Assembly (NCBI GenBank): GCA_030390025.1
Contig: CM059438.1
Coordinates: forward strand, 67,086,001-67,150,000
DNA from: Squalus acanthias
Lineage: Eukaryota
DNA length: 64,000 bases
Reading direction: 5' to 3'
The notes under the pieces are model-generated. The model saw only the letters and a list, made by a program, of their open reading frames with translations, did no database searches and had not been told where the DNA came from. Positions 36,922 through 49,627 of this stretch are shown here, one piece after another. Numbering within the stretch: position 1 is the stretch's first letter; every line of letters begins with the position of its first letter. Made by a program: the position numbers and the translations under genes.

Positions 36922-37360
36922 TTCTCAGTGGGTAGCACTCTCGCCTCTGAGTCAGAAGGTTCAAGTCCCACTCCAGAGACCTGAGCACAAAAATCTAGGC
37001 TGACACACCCAGTGCAGTACTGAGGGAGCGCTGCACTGTCGGAGGTGCTGTCTTTCAGATGAGACATTAAACCAATGTCTGCTCACACAGATGGATGTAA
37101 AAGATCCCAGGGCACTCTTTTGAAGAAGAGTAGGGGAGTTATCCCCGGTGTCCAGGCCAATATTTATCCCTCAATCGACATCACAGAAACAGATTATCTG
37201 GTCATTATCACATTGCTGTTTGTGGGCGCTTGCTGTGTACAAATTGGCTGCTGTGTTTTCTAGATTACAACAGTGACTACACTTCAAAAAGTACTTGATT
37301 GGCTGTAAAGTGCTTTGGGACATCTGGTGGTCGTGAAAGGCGCTATAGAAATGCAATTCT
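36922..37360 (+). mobile_element. tRNA-headed SINE (DeuSINE/SacSINE1-like) with L2-type tail
   Basis: A-box-like CTCAGTGGGTAGCAC and B-box-like GGTTCAAGTCCC. Central GCTGCACTGTCGGAGGTGCTGTCTTTCAGATGAGAC resembles the Deu domain as I recall it (not searched). Tail GTAAAGTGCTTTGGGAC..GGCGCTATAGAAATGCAA. Confidence 0.8.
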
Positions 37361-38555
37361 TTTTCTCTCTTTTTCTTTTCTGTCATTTAACAGTCTGACC
37401 AAAACATTGCTTCTTTCTGCATTGTGTCTACCTCCAGCAGCTAAATCCTATTGGCTTTTGCTTTCTATGTCCTGTTCACTGACCCCGACCCCCAGTGCCT
37501 TTGCCACTTTACTCCAGCGCTGCTTTGCATCGTAGCACGCCAGCTGATGCCAACACAGTGAGGTGAAGAAGGCAACACTGCTCTGTCTCCTGGGACTCTG
37601 ATGATACCGTTTCCTCCAGTGCTTCTTAAGATAGAGACATCCTCGGTGGCATTATGGATCTTGTTCCTAGATGGAGAAGCCACCATCTTTTTCTGGTCAC
37701 TGAGCACCCCAGTCAACCCAACACATCTGGATTTTGTTTGCTGGCTTTTCCCAACCATTAGGGGAAGGTATCGAGGCCGAAAACCGAATCGCAAATAGTG
37801 AGGTTGAATTAATTGTGTAAGCACAGCTGTTTTACTGGTGCTCTGGGATTTGATCTACAATATTAGTGAGATGGCTTCCACAGCACCAGCAGCTTCAGGC
37901 CAGGTTGCAGAGCTGCCTCTACATAATCCATGCTCACAACGGATGCTGCAATGTGCCAACTTTGCTTCCTCCACTGGTGCTCTGCATCCTGGGATGTTTT
38001 GGTTTGGCTTACTTGGTTGGATTCTCACCCTAGTCAGAAGGTTGTGCGTTCAAGTGCTACTCCGGGAGCTCATAATTTGGGTAACAGCCCAGTGCCTTAC
38101 TGTGGGAGTGCTGCATTGCCAGAGATGTCACCCCCGCTATTTACTCGGGGCCACGAAGAGAGAGGGTGGGCGGCGGGGGTGGGGGGAGGGGATTGATGGG
38201 GGGAGATTCCGGACGGGAAAGCCGGACCGAGCATCCTGCAGAAGCTAACAGCAGGAAGTCTTATTTTTCCAGCAGGGTTCCTGCCTGACGGCCAGGATGT
38301 TTGATAGGTTGGCTGCCCGTCAGGCGGGAAAGCCTACGGAGAAGGCCGCAGCTGGGGAGCGGAGAGGAGGGAAGGAGAGTTCACAGTGGGGATTGGGGGG
38401 AATCGATGTCGGGCTCTTCAAATGCAGATCGGGGGGGAGGGGGAGATCGTGGAGGTCGGGGGTAGGAATCAGGGCGAGGATAGATGGAGAGTGGAGGGCC
38501 GGCGGGGGTGGCTGATCGCAGGGCCTGTAAAGAGTTAAGCCTGTAAAGAGTTAGG

Positions 38556-39150
38556 AGGTGACCCCGAGCTTCCGGTCGCCTGTAACTTTAATTCTCCGCT
38601 CCACTCCCACTCTGACGACCTCCGTCCTCGGCCTCTTACACTGTTCTAATGAAGCTCAACATAAGCTGGAGGAACAGCACCTCATCTTTCGATTAGGCAC
38701 TTTACAGCCTTCTGGACTCAACATCGAGTTCAACAATTTCAGATCATAACCTCTGCCCCTATTTATTTATTTATTTATTGATTGATTTATTTTCTCTCTC
38801 TCACATGGCAGCTTTACACTTCATCTAGAGTCATCTTTTGTTTCTTTACTTGTCCCATTACTATCTCCTTCTGCCTTGCACCATCATCCCTTTTGTCTCT
38901 TAATCCCTCCTGCCTTCCATCCTATCACAGACCTTCCCTTTTGTTCTTTCCTCCCCTCCCCCCTCTCCCTGCCCCTGCACTTGCTTAAAAACCTGTTCCA
39001 TTTCCAACTTTTTCCAGTTCTGACGAAGGGTCATCGACCTGAAACGTTAACTCTGTTTCTCTCTCTACAGATGCTGCCTGACCTGCTGAGTATCTCCAGC
39101 ATTTTCTGTTTTTAGTTCAGATTTCCAGCATCTGCAGTATTTTGCTTTTG
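38556..39150 (+). mobile_element. PLE 3' fragment (GIY-YIG C-terminus and 3' UTR)
   Basis: Homologous to about 722..1330. NEAQHKLEEQHLIFRLGTLQPSGLNIEFNNFRS*. Flanked by TA(A)AGAGTTA duplications. Confidence 0.9.
39016..39052 (+). ncRNA. Minimal type-I hammerhead ribozyme motif
   Basis: AGTT-CTGACGA-A-GGGTC atc GACCT-GAAA-CG-TT-AACT. Confidence 0.82.
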
Positions 39151-40075
39151 TAAGAGTTAAGCTTGTTGGGCCTGGAGGAAACACTCCTGCTCCCCCAGGC
39201 CCACAAGCAGTGCTGTAAATGCACTTACATTATGTTTCCTTATGGCCCTTCCCAGCTTCTTTTACCTGCCGGGTTTCCTGAGCCACGGGAATCCCGGCCT
39301 CCATGGGTTAAAAATAAAAATCTTGTTAAAATGGAGGCGCGCAGCCTCCTTAAAAGCTTTTACTGACTGAACCGCCTTCTGAGAGCGCACTGAGGCCCCA
39401 GGACCCGCCACCGTTAAAACTGGAAGTGGGCAGGTCGGGGTCGAGTTTGAGATTTAAAAAAAAATTATTTCCCACCCACCCCCAACCCACCCATCCTTGG
39501 GGGAGGTTAAAATTCCCCATCGGTCTTTGACTGAAACATTGAACCGAGGCTTCATCCACCTATTCTGGTAGACACTAAAAATCCTGTGGCATTTTTCAAA
39601 GGTGAGGGGGGAAGTTCTCTCAGTATCTTGGCTCACATTTCTCCTTCAACAAACACCAACAAAAAAACCCCAGATTAGCTGGTTAATTATTTCAATACCT
39701 TTTTGTGGGATTTTGCTGTGCCCAATTTGACTACCGTGCCTGACCCTATCACAGCAGTCACTGCCTTTTGAAAATTAATTTGTGCAAATTATTTCAGACA
39801 CTTGCCATTGGTGCGATAAGACACAGAAGTAAATACAAGCCTTTTTTTTTCCTCCAGAGAGGTCACACTAAGGCAGCTTTCAATCTGTCCGCTACAGCTG
39901 GCGAATAAGAAATGGAGACTTGAGTTGCAATGATGAGGATTTCAAGAATAACACACGGGAACCATATTAAAAAGACACAGTTCTTGCAGCTGGATAGGGA
40001 GTATAATTTGTTTTATCTATGATGAATCCATATGCAAGCGAGTTGCATTTTGTTATTGAGCGATGCCTTGGCACA

Positions 40076-40277
40076 AGAATCATACAGCACAGAAGGAGGC
40101 CATTCGTCCCATCGTGCCTGTGCCAGCTCTTTGAAAGCTATCCAATTAATTCCACTCCCCTGCTCTTTCTCCATAGCCCTGCAATTTTTTTTTCTTTTTA
40201 AATATATATCCAATTCCCTTTGGAAAATTACTATTTTAATCTGCTTCCACCGCCCTTTCAGGCAGTGCATTCCAGAT
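40076..40277 (-). mobile_element. CR1 3' fragment
   Basis: WNALPERAVEAD, CATACAGCACAGAAGGAGGCCATTCG. Confidence 0.8.
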
Positions 40278-40341
40278 CAGAGCACCTCGCTGCAAGTTCG
40301 CCAAGAATGTGCCAAACAAAATCAAAACCGGCAGACGCTTT

Positions 40342-41096
40342 GGGCGCGATCTTGCCAGCCCTTGGGAGGCGGGTATGGAGGCGGGACTGCTGGGAAAATG
40401 GCAGAATCTGGGGGCAGGTGCCCAACCCGCCCCCAACCCCCCTCCGTGCCATCTTGCCAGGTAGTTAACAGGCAGATAAGAGGATTATCCCCATTTTGCC
40501 CACACAAGTGCGGGCTTCCCTAAGGCTGCGAACCCCGCCAGGGTCACCGAGGCGAGCAGTGGGTCTGCGGGGGTGCAAAAGTGCGCTGTGAAGATAAGTG
40601 ATGGGTGCAAGTGTGGAGAGGTGAGTATGTGAGGTAAGTGGAAAGTGTTAGTAAAAGTTTACTTACCTTTGTTTCTTCCTGCAGGCTTCAAGAGTTGGGG
40701 ATGCGGAGAGTCTCGCACCTCCGCGGCAGAGATGACAGATTGCTGTTGCATTCTCCAATGCAGCAACCATCTAATTTCTGCTAAATAAAGAGGTTTGATG
40801 AGTCTTGAATTCAAGAACTCATCAAATTACAGAGAATGTCAGTGTTTGACAGCTTCACAGAGCTGTCAAACGATGACAATTCATCTGTCAAAAATTTTTG
40901 ACAGATGAAACGTCATACGTTGACATTCTCTGTAACCGGCTTTCCCTTAATTGGCCTGCTAAGCCCGCTGGGTGGACTTAACAAGGTCAATCAAGGGAAA
41001 ATAGCGTGGGTTGGCCAGAAGTTGATGGAGGCGGGACTAAAACCCGACAAGTGGGAGTCCCGCCTCCAAAAGCTCCCCATTGGCAAAATCCAGCCC
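40342..41096 (+). mobile_element. Harbinger-derived MITE, family B, copy 2
   Basis: TIRs GGGCGCGATCTTGCCA / TGGCAAAATCCAGCCC, TSD TTT. Colinear with 14930..15630. Confidence 0.87.
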
Positions 41097-42091
41097 TTTT
41101 TTCCAGAGAGACCAGACACGCCTGCAAAAATACTGTTCCAGCAGACACCACCAACAGTGCTGGGACAATATCAGCAGAATTCATGAACCCCACGGAAGGC
41201 TGTTCCAACAGGTGCCATCGGCAGCCTTCTCCTCCATTGAGACAAGCTGACGTTTATCAGTCAGGATTTTGTCATAGGTACAAAATAGACTTGCACATAT
41301 CTACACGTATTTTATAGTGATAAGTGATCTAGTATAAATTTGAAAAATAAATTTATCATTATTGTTGCCAGTCACCAACCCTCTCATAGAATTACAAAGT
41401 ATGTACAAGCACAGAAACAGGCCATTCGGACCAACTGGTCCATGCCGGTGTTTATGCTCCACACGAGCCTCCTCCCACCCCTCGTCATCTAACCCTATCA
41501 GCATAAACCTCTATTTCTCCCTCACAAGTTTATCCAGCTTCCCATTTTTTGCTATACTTTCTCAGAATCCTCAGCAATGCTTAATTTTCCTGTACCAGCA
41601 CTATTGGAAAACCCCCATTCTCTGGGTGTTTTCTCCCAGCATTTGATAACATCCGGTTGTTTCCGTAATTTCTTTAATTTTTGGGCTGTGCAATTTCATT
41701 CTTACATTCGACATGCTGCCCCCTTACATTTGCCTGGTCATGCTAATTTCATGATCGCTTTGCAACGGACCAGACTATTGCTGTTCCAGTTATAATTCAG
41801 GAATTACCCCGCTGACTCCTCATTTTGCTTTGAACACAGATCGAAGGATGCAATCTGCGCCAGCTTTGGGAGCTGTCAGAAGATGCACTGCAATTGTAAA
41901 AGCTGGAGCAATGTTGTTTTCCCTGCCCCACCCCTCCTGATAGAAACTGATGCCAGTTTCTCAACTCCATCGTGACTTACGATGTGGTGGGGGCATTAAT
42001 TATTAAAGGTTTTAATTTTTTGTCAGCAGTAAAGCAAACATCAAATGCGCTACTACAAGGAGCAGTTGAGGTGAAGAGTACAATACATTTA

Positions 42092-43002
42092 GATAGGTGG
42101 GTTAGCAAGTTGTGAGGAGGACACAAAGAGTCTGCAAAGGGATATAGATAGGTTAAGTGAGTGGGCAAAAATTTGGCAGATGGAGTATAATGTGGGAAAA
42201 TGTGAGGTTATCCACTTTGGAAGGAAGAATGAAAAAGCAAATTATTATTTAAATGGATGAGACTACAAAATGCTGCGGTACAAAGGGATCCGGGGGTCCT
42301 AGTACATGAAACACAAAAAGTTAGCATGCAGGTACAGCAAGCAATTAGGAAGGCTAATGGAATGTTGGCCTTTATTGCAAGGGGTATGGAGTATAAAAGT
42401 AGGGAAGTTTTGATGCAACTTTACAGGGCGCTGGTGAGACCGCACCTGGAGTACTGCGTACAGTTTTGGTCTCCATATTTAAGGAAGGATATACTTGCAT
42501 TGGAGGCAGTGCAGAGAAGGTTCACTAGGTTGATTCCTGGGATGAAGGGGTTGACGTATGATGAAAGGTTGAGCAGGTTGGGCCGATACTCATTGGAGTT
42601 TAGAAGAATGAGAGGTGATCTTATTGAAACATATAAGATTCTGAGGGGGGTTGACAGGGTAGATGCTGAGAGGATGTTTCCCCTAGTGGGGGTATCTAGA
42701 ACTAGGGGGCATAGTTTCAGAATAAGGGGTTGCCCATTTAAGACGGAGATGAGGAGGAATTTCTTCTCTCAGAGGGTCGTGAATCTTTGGAATTCTCTAC
42801 CCCAGAGAGCTGTGGAGGCGAAGTCATTGAATATATTCAAGGCGGAGATTGACAGACATTTGAACTACAAGGGAGTCAAGGGGTATGGGGAGAGAGTAGG
42901 AAAGTGGTGTTGAGGCCAAGATTGGATTAGCCATGATCTTATTGAATGGCGGAGCAGGCTCGAGGGGCCCATTGGCCTGCTCCTGTTTCTTATGTTCTTA
43001 TG
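42092..43002 (+). mobile_element. 5'-truncated CR1 inserted into an older CR1 3' fragment (about 41990..43150)
   Basis: ORF 42257..42913 (RT C-terminus: LVRPHLEYCVQFWSP, SRTRGHS, WNSLPQRAV). TSD TACATTTA (42084-42091, 43003-43010). Confidence 0.93.
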
Positions 43003-44589
43003 TACATTTAAGGGGAAGCTAGATAAACACTTGAGGGAGAAAGGAATAGAAGAATGTGTTGATAGGGTTCGATGAAGAGGGTGGGAGGAGGCTCGTGTGG
43101 AGCAGTTGGGCCAAATGGCCTATTTCTGTGCTGTCGATTCTATGTAATCAATGATGATTCCACCCCTGCTCTTCCCCTATCCTGGCCTTGGCAAGAGGGG
43201 ACAACCTTCAGCTCCGCTTGAAAAGAAAAGCCTTGTGTGACCAGTATTTGTGCGCATGTAAAATTCTCATGACAGTGAAAGATGCTCTACCAAGAGAGCT
43301 GGGCTACTTTAGAGTGAGTAATTTACAGGGGTAAGAAGGCCATTGGAAATGGCTTTCTAATAGTGCATCATCTCCAGGTTAATGCAGGACCATGAACTAC
43401 TGCACTCCACAGCAAGACATGGAATCAGATAAAGAGAGTCATTTCAACACCGAAAAACAACTGGAATATGCAGGAACACTGCACAGATTTTCAAGCTATC
43501 CAATTCTGACAGAGCGTATGATTGAAATGTCAGCTACAAACTGAACTGCAAACAAAATACACCTGAGCCGTGCTTTTATACTGTTTTTTTTTCAATGTAT
43601 CTTTCTGGTCTGGGACTGCTGCATGTAATTGTAATTTGACAAACAGTTACAAGGCGCTATAGTTAAAGATCCTTTCATTCCACTGTTACTTTTGCTGTCA
43701 ATTATGTAGCTCAATCTCTTAACATCCTGCCAGCTCAAACAAGCCAGTCTTTTCAATCAGAAATGGGCTCTTTTAAAACACTGCGAGGGTTCCTATAGCT
43801 AAAGCCTTCATTGTCAGATTGTAAGAGCTCTTTCAGGCACTGATGTATTTTTTTGCTATAGTGCCTTGATGTACATTTAATAAGCTCAACGAAGCACTGT
43901 ACAGCACATTCACAATGGCATGAAGCAAGCTTTAATGGTCCTCTGTGAGCCATTGTCTATCATCATAAAGTTGCGCTTTGACATGGTTTTTAATAGAAGC
44001 GTATGAGGTGTTCTATTCATCTTACAGTGGTCGATTGTTGACTGTGTGCGTGAATATTTACAGAAAGCCCGTTGCTGGGGTGTCCCTGTTTATTGGCCAC
44101 TGAGGCTTGTGTCAGTGATGGATGCCAAGGTGCTTCTGTTGAACTCGACCAGCAGTCAGATCACGCCAGGGAACTGTTCATCATTCAGTCTCTGGCCACC
44201 ATCCTGTGTGGCAAAAAGCCACCATGACCTGGTGCCCAGCCATGCTTCAACCAGGATCCACAGATCGTTGTGTTGCCAGGGAAACTCGCTGCCACTTTCG
44301 CACTGCTGCAAAAATGGCATCTGATGTTTTTTCATATATTTTTCCAGAGATTGATCAAAAGGAGAAAAAAAAAAGACACCTTTCTGTTATGTGTACTCAT
44401 TCACTGCACGTCAACAATAGGAGCAGAAATGACCGCTTCCCGGCCAAAAGTAGGATGGTTGTGCAAAGTAAATATGGGAAGATAGATGGCTGATGGTGTT
44501 GACTGAAGGGCAGTAGATAGCTGGAGTGTGCTATATGGAGGATGATTGAGGACTGGTCGTGCATCCCATAGAGAATAACAGAGGGTAAG

Positions 44590-45000
44590 GAGGAGATTAA
44601 TGGATGCCTGATAGTGAGTGTCATGGAGAATAACAGAAATCTGGCAGTGAGTACCGTGCATGTTAATGGATGCTTGACAATGGCTAATGTGCAAGTTAAT
44701 GATACTTAGTAGTGGGTAACATGCAGGTTAATGGCTACCTGGCAGTGAGTACCATGTGTGTTAATGGATGCTTGGCAATAGTTAATGCGCAGGTTAATAA
44801 TAGATGGCAGTGGATAACATGCAGGTTAATGGATACCTGGCGGTGAATAGTACCATGCCTGTTAATGGACATTTGGCAATGGATAATGTGCAGGTTAATG
44901 ACACTTGGCAGTAGGTAATATGCAGGCTAATGGGCAATTTGCAATGAATACCATGAATATTAATAATTGCCTGCAGGTAAAAGGATATGTGACAGTGAGT
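44590..45000. repeat. Degenerate minisatellite, unit about 32-33 bp
   Basis: Consensus approximately TGCAGGTTAATGGATRCYTGGCARTGRGTAMCA. TTAAT recurs about every 33 bp for roughly 12 units. Confidence 0.85.
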
Positions 45001-46756
45001 TGTAATTGGTAAGGTGAGTCTCCTCCTTCTGTGCTGTAAATCTCAGATGCTTCTACAGTTCTACAATGGAGGTTTTTAAAATTGTGAAGGATTTTACTGG
45101 GGTTAATAGGAAAACACTTTCCTCTGGCTGGTGAGTAATTGAGAAGGGGCCATTAATGTAAAATACTCAGAGGTTGGGTGAAATTTCTTTTAAGCAGAGA
45201 GTTGCTGAAGCATGGAATGCATTGCCACAAGAAATAGTTGAGGCAGGGAAAATTGCATAAATGTTTGAAGCAGAGAAAGATGGGGACATTACAGGGCAAG
45301 AGATTAGTTTTGGATTGGTTTAGCATAGAGCCGCAGTGGGCTGAATGGCCTCCTTCTGTGCTGTAAACTTCCATGGTCCTATCTTGTATCGTGCCAACCT
45401 TAATATGAAAATGCCAGCAGACCCCAAGATTGGATTATTCATTATTGTATTGCTGTATTAATGACATATTAAGTGCCTTGTGTTCTAAACCTTATCGCTT
45501 GTGTGAATGTACTGTGCTAAGGCATATAACATAGCATGACCACTACTATAATATTAGGAAGAGAGGCATTCTTTTAGGAGGTCACTGGCCGATCAAACAC
45601 ACAGTGTACGATTAATGCAAGAATGTGCCAGCTGGCAAGTGTTGGCTCATAACTTTAAAACTTGCTCCGTGCTGACAGAAGAATGAAATACAAAAGAAGC
45701 CTCTTAATTACTGAGAGTGACAAAACTGAACTTATTGGAGAGAGAATGTGACCTGGGTCTTTGAAATCAATAAAGAGGTGAGTTGATAATGTAACCTGGA
45801 CTGTAATCATACAACTAGTGGACGTAAAGACAAATTTGATGAGCCATCACAAAGATTGGAGCTGAAGATGTCCTCCCCGCACAGAGTAGGTGATAGTTGG
45901 AAGAGACTCCCAGCAACAGCAGTCAATGCGATGTCACTTAACATTGCTATAGACGGAGTTGAATAAATATCTGGTTAGGAATAAGATTGAAGGGTACAAT
46001 GGTAAGGATGGACATAGCTGGCCATTCTGTCCACAGAAATACAATGGTGTCTCTGCGACTGAAACTGTGCTCGCTGTGAATACAACTGGTTACAGTTCGA
46101 AGTGTGAATGCTAAGGCTGGGTTGTTTTTTGTGCTGCACTTGGACTTGAAGAGAAATTTCACAGAGCTTTCTCTTAGCCTTCTTCAGTGCTGGGAAATTC
46201 TGTGTGGTCCATTGTGCACGTGCCAGCTTTGTGGAGCAGCTGTCCAATTCTCCTGCCTTCTCCCCACACCCATTTACATTTCTTGTTTCCAAATATTTAA
46301 CCACTTCCTAAATGCTCTTGTGGATTGTGCTCATTTCTGGGACTGCATGTCCTGATAACCTTCTGCAGAGAAAGACAAGGTCCTCTGAGCCACTCCCTTT
46401 GTTCTTTTAATGATCATCTTTACCTAAGGTTGGTTGCTATATTCAGAAGATGGAGTAGGTTGTTTCGAGGCTTGGGTCGGACAAATGATTCCTGGCCTGT
46501 GGGGGAAACTGGCTTTTAGGTTGAAAGAAGTAATCGCATTTTATACTGTCTTACTGCTTTTACTGCGAACATGCCTTTATTTACTGATTTACCACTATGT
46601 AGAGATCATTAGAGGAATAAAAGATGCTAGTGCCAAATCTCAGTAACACAAGGTGCAGAAATATCCATTGCTCAGTTTGGCTTGCCGCATGTTCAGTGCT
46701 GGGCCGCACAGTCTGATTTTCTAGTTCAAGATTCTAACGTGTAAACTGAACACCAA

Positions 46757-49627
46757 GGCCAGAATTTTCCGGGGTCTGTGCGGGCGCGAATGGAGGCAGG
46801 TCGGGTAGGAAAGTTGAAATATCTCGGAGAGGGTCGGGAACCCGCCGTCATCACGCCCCCACACGCCTTTCCCTCGGGCACGTTTGCCAGACTGGCAGCG
46901 ACCCGAACGGCAGAGGCGGGCGACCCAATTTAAAGGATTATTAGCTTGCTGTCGGACCCTTAAGAGTCTTTTACCCTTACCTTTCCAATTTCACTGGATG
47001 CCCACGGGACTCTCGCTGCTCAGGAACCACGTCTGTCAACCTGAGGCGGGAGTTGAGTGGCCATTCATCCAACTGATTAGTTGACAGCATCAAATGTAGT
47101 ATAAAAGCTCCCACCTGACAGCTTATCACTTTCCTCAGACAGAAGCTGTTGCTCACTGCATTGCCAGCACAGATTCTGCAGGCTGCAAGTCTATCCAGCA
47201 AAGTCTCCATCCAGTGTCACCTCATTGGAAGAACCTCTCTCACCATTGACAAGTTGCTTCTGTCAACTCTACTTCACCTGCCATGTATTCCATCAACATG
47301 GGTGCTGTTTATACTGTCACACCAGCAGCACCAGGCACACCAGCAGCACCAACAGGGGGCATCAGCACCCAAGTACATTGCTGCCCGGGAGGCCAGGGAT
47401 GGCCTCATCATGGCCAGATTTACTTCACTTGACGCTGTACACCCATATGGCTGCCACATGATGCGCCAGGTTGGCACCACCCCACACCAACACCATAAAC
47501 CATCACCACAATGACCAAGCCATTCCTTTCACACTCACCACCATTGCTGGAGATACCGTTATGTCTCACCATTCACTGCAGCTCACTAAGCCACTTCCAA
47601 AGGTGCACACCAATCTGTCCAATAAAGATTTTTATGTTTGACAGCACAGTAATGGAAACTTTACATTATCGTTGGATAAAACACCCAAGTGGCTACACTT
47701 GTGAATCTACTTGCGTGTCATCTTTCTTTTCCACGTGCTTCTACGAGGTGCTACCCCTGTGGCTTCAGCAGAGGTAGAGGCAGCCTGCTCACTTCCCTGC
47801 TGCCACGGAGCTGGAGAGCACCTTGCTGCACATCAGTTGGGCCATGAGGACCCACGTCTACACTGACATCCCTCCTAGAGAGGAGACCTATGAGTCTCTG
47901 CCATCTATTCTCCATAGCTAGCCATCTATTCTCAATAGAGACCATGTGCTCCTGTGAGTGGCGTATTAGCTGCTCCATGTAGGTGGCCATGCTTTCCATG
48001 GAGGAGCCTACAGTTGCCATCGCCTGTGACACAGTGGTGCTCATGTTGGAGCTGGACTCCTCTATTCTCTGAACATTTGCAGACATCGTGCTCGCAAAAC
48101 CTGTCAGAGCCTCCTGCATTTCTTCCTGCACCTCCAGGATCACCCTCTTTCTGGATGGCCCCCGAGGCTCCGTGACTGCATGCAGCTGACAGAGCTGGGA
48201 GCATCCTGCACCCTCCTGCAAGGAGTCTTCACTGCTGTCCCTGTCTCCACCATCTGCTCTTGCTCACTTGTGAGTTGTGAGACACTAGGTGACAATACTA
48301 CGCTCTCTCGTGTGGGACCCACCCAGGTGTGTGTATCTGTGCTGGTGCTGGGTGCGCTTATGTCTGGTGATGCTGCAGCCCTCAGAGGCTGGAGGCTCCT
48401 CTGAGGGGTCGTCTTGCTCTTCCTCCTATACAGGAGGGGCAGGGGAGGGGGGTGCTCTTGATGGACCTGTAGGTGAGTAAAGAGATGAGTTAGATATGTC
48501 ATATAAAGAATGGGTACACATACCATTATGCACCTGATGACCATTCAATGGCTGCTGACATCAGTCCCCATATGAGTGACTGCTGTATGCCATGTGGCTG
48601 TATGATATGTAATTCTGTCACCAGGTTGCTGAGATGTCCCCCTCTCTCTGTCTCCCACCTCCAGCTGCTCAGCGACTCCAGATATTTCTAAAGCAGCCTC
48701 CTCTGCTGTTGTAAGGTTTGCAAATGATGGAGGGCCACCGCCGGTTCTCTTATTTTGGGCTCTCTTTTCCTGCAAGGAGGGAAAGAAGAGAAGGCTGAGT
48801 GAGAGTGATGGAATGAGTGTAAGGAATGGATGGGTTACATCTTTAGAGCGAGACTATGATGGAGTGAGGCGGCAATGCCTAGTGGCCTCCTTGCATGTTG
48901 TTAGTTGGTATGATTGCACTAGGATGAGGGTGAGTGTGAGGGGTGGTTACTTAGATGGGGATGTGATAATGTAGATAGAGAGAGAGGGATGGATGGACAT
49001 GCAAGGTATGTTGGTGTGAGTAATGATGTGCAGGAGTAGGGTTGGGAAGGCAGAGTGATGGGGATGTGATGAGAGGTACAGCAGGATGAAGTTGAGTGTG
49101 GCTTTGCACTCACCTTTCCTGATCTAATGAGGCACTGTATCCAGGTCCTCCTGACCACATTCGTGCTGGTGACCTCCTTTGCAATCTCCAACCAGGCTGT
49201 TTCGGTCTCCTGGGGAGGTCTCTTCCGGCCATCAGTAGGGAAGAGGACCACCCTGCGTGCTCTGACTCCCTCCACAAGCATATGGAGGGAGTCATCGGAG
49301 AACTGGGTGCAGCCTTCTGCCTCTGTGCAGTCATTTCCAAAGTGTTTGCAGCACTCCAATGCTGTAGTGCGCTGACTGCACTATTTTACATTAACCTTCA
49401 AATGTAATGTGGCCATGGCCCCTTTAAATATCCCAGCTGAAAACACGTCATGGATGACGTCAGCAGATCCGCACCATTTCATTGGGCTGGGTAACGCGCA
49501 GGGCGGGCTTAATAGGCCCTATTGATGTAAAGTCATTTTGTGGAGCGGGATGGAACCAGCAGCGGGCTCGTGACCCACCATGGCGACCGCCCACACACGA
49601 CCCGACCAGGTAGGCAAAATTCCGGCC
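46757..49627 (+). mobile_element. Harbinger copy 3: transposase internally deleted, Myb/SANT gene retained
   Basis: TIRs GGCCAGAATTTT / AAAATTCCGGCC, TSD CAA (46754-46756, 49628-49630). Confidence 0.9.
47700..49334 (-). pseudogene. Harbinger Myb/SANT gene copy 3 (exons about 49334-49114, 48769-48622, 48466 onward)
   Basis: FSDDSLHMLVEGVRARRVVLFP..AWLEIAKEV..RRTWIQC; EKRAQNKRTGGGPP; exon 3 homologous to copy 1. Frameshifts present. Confidence 0.85.

Larger units (their letters stand above)
38030..39840 (+). mobile_element. Old SINE split by a GC-rich MITE-like insert (about 38131..39518) that itself carries a PLE fragment
   Basis: The SINE core breaks at about 38130 and resumes at about 39521. 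The insert right end is GTTAAAATTCCCC; its left TIR is unclear. Confidence 0.6.

Noticed and set aside
36922..36980. tRNA gene
   Set aside because: The A/B-box-like head belongs to a multi-copy SINE and I see no complete cloverleaf.
37465..37824. Host coding exon
   Set aside because: No recognisable domain or convincing splice pair, and ORFs of this length arise by chance.
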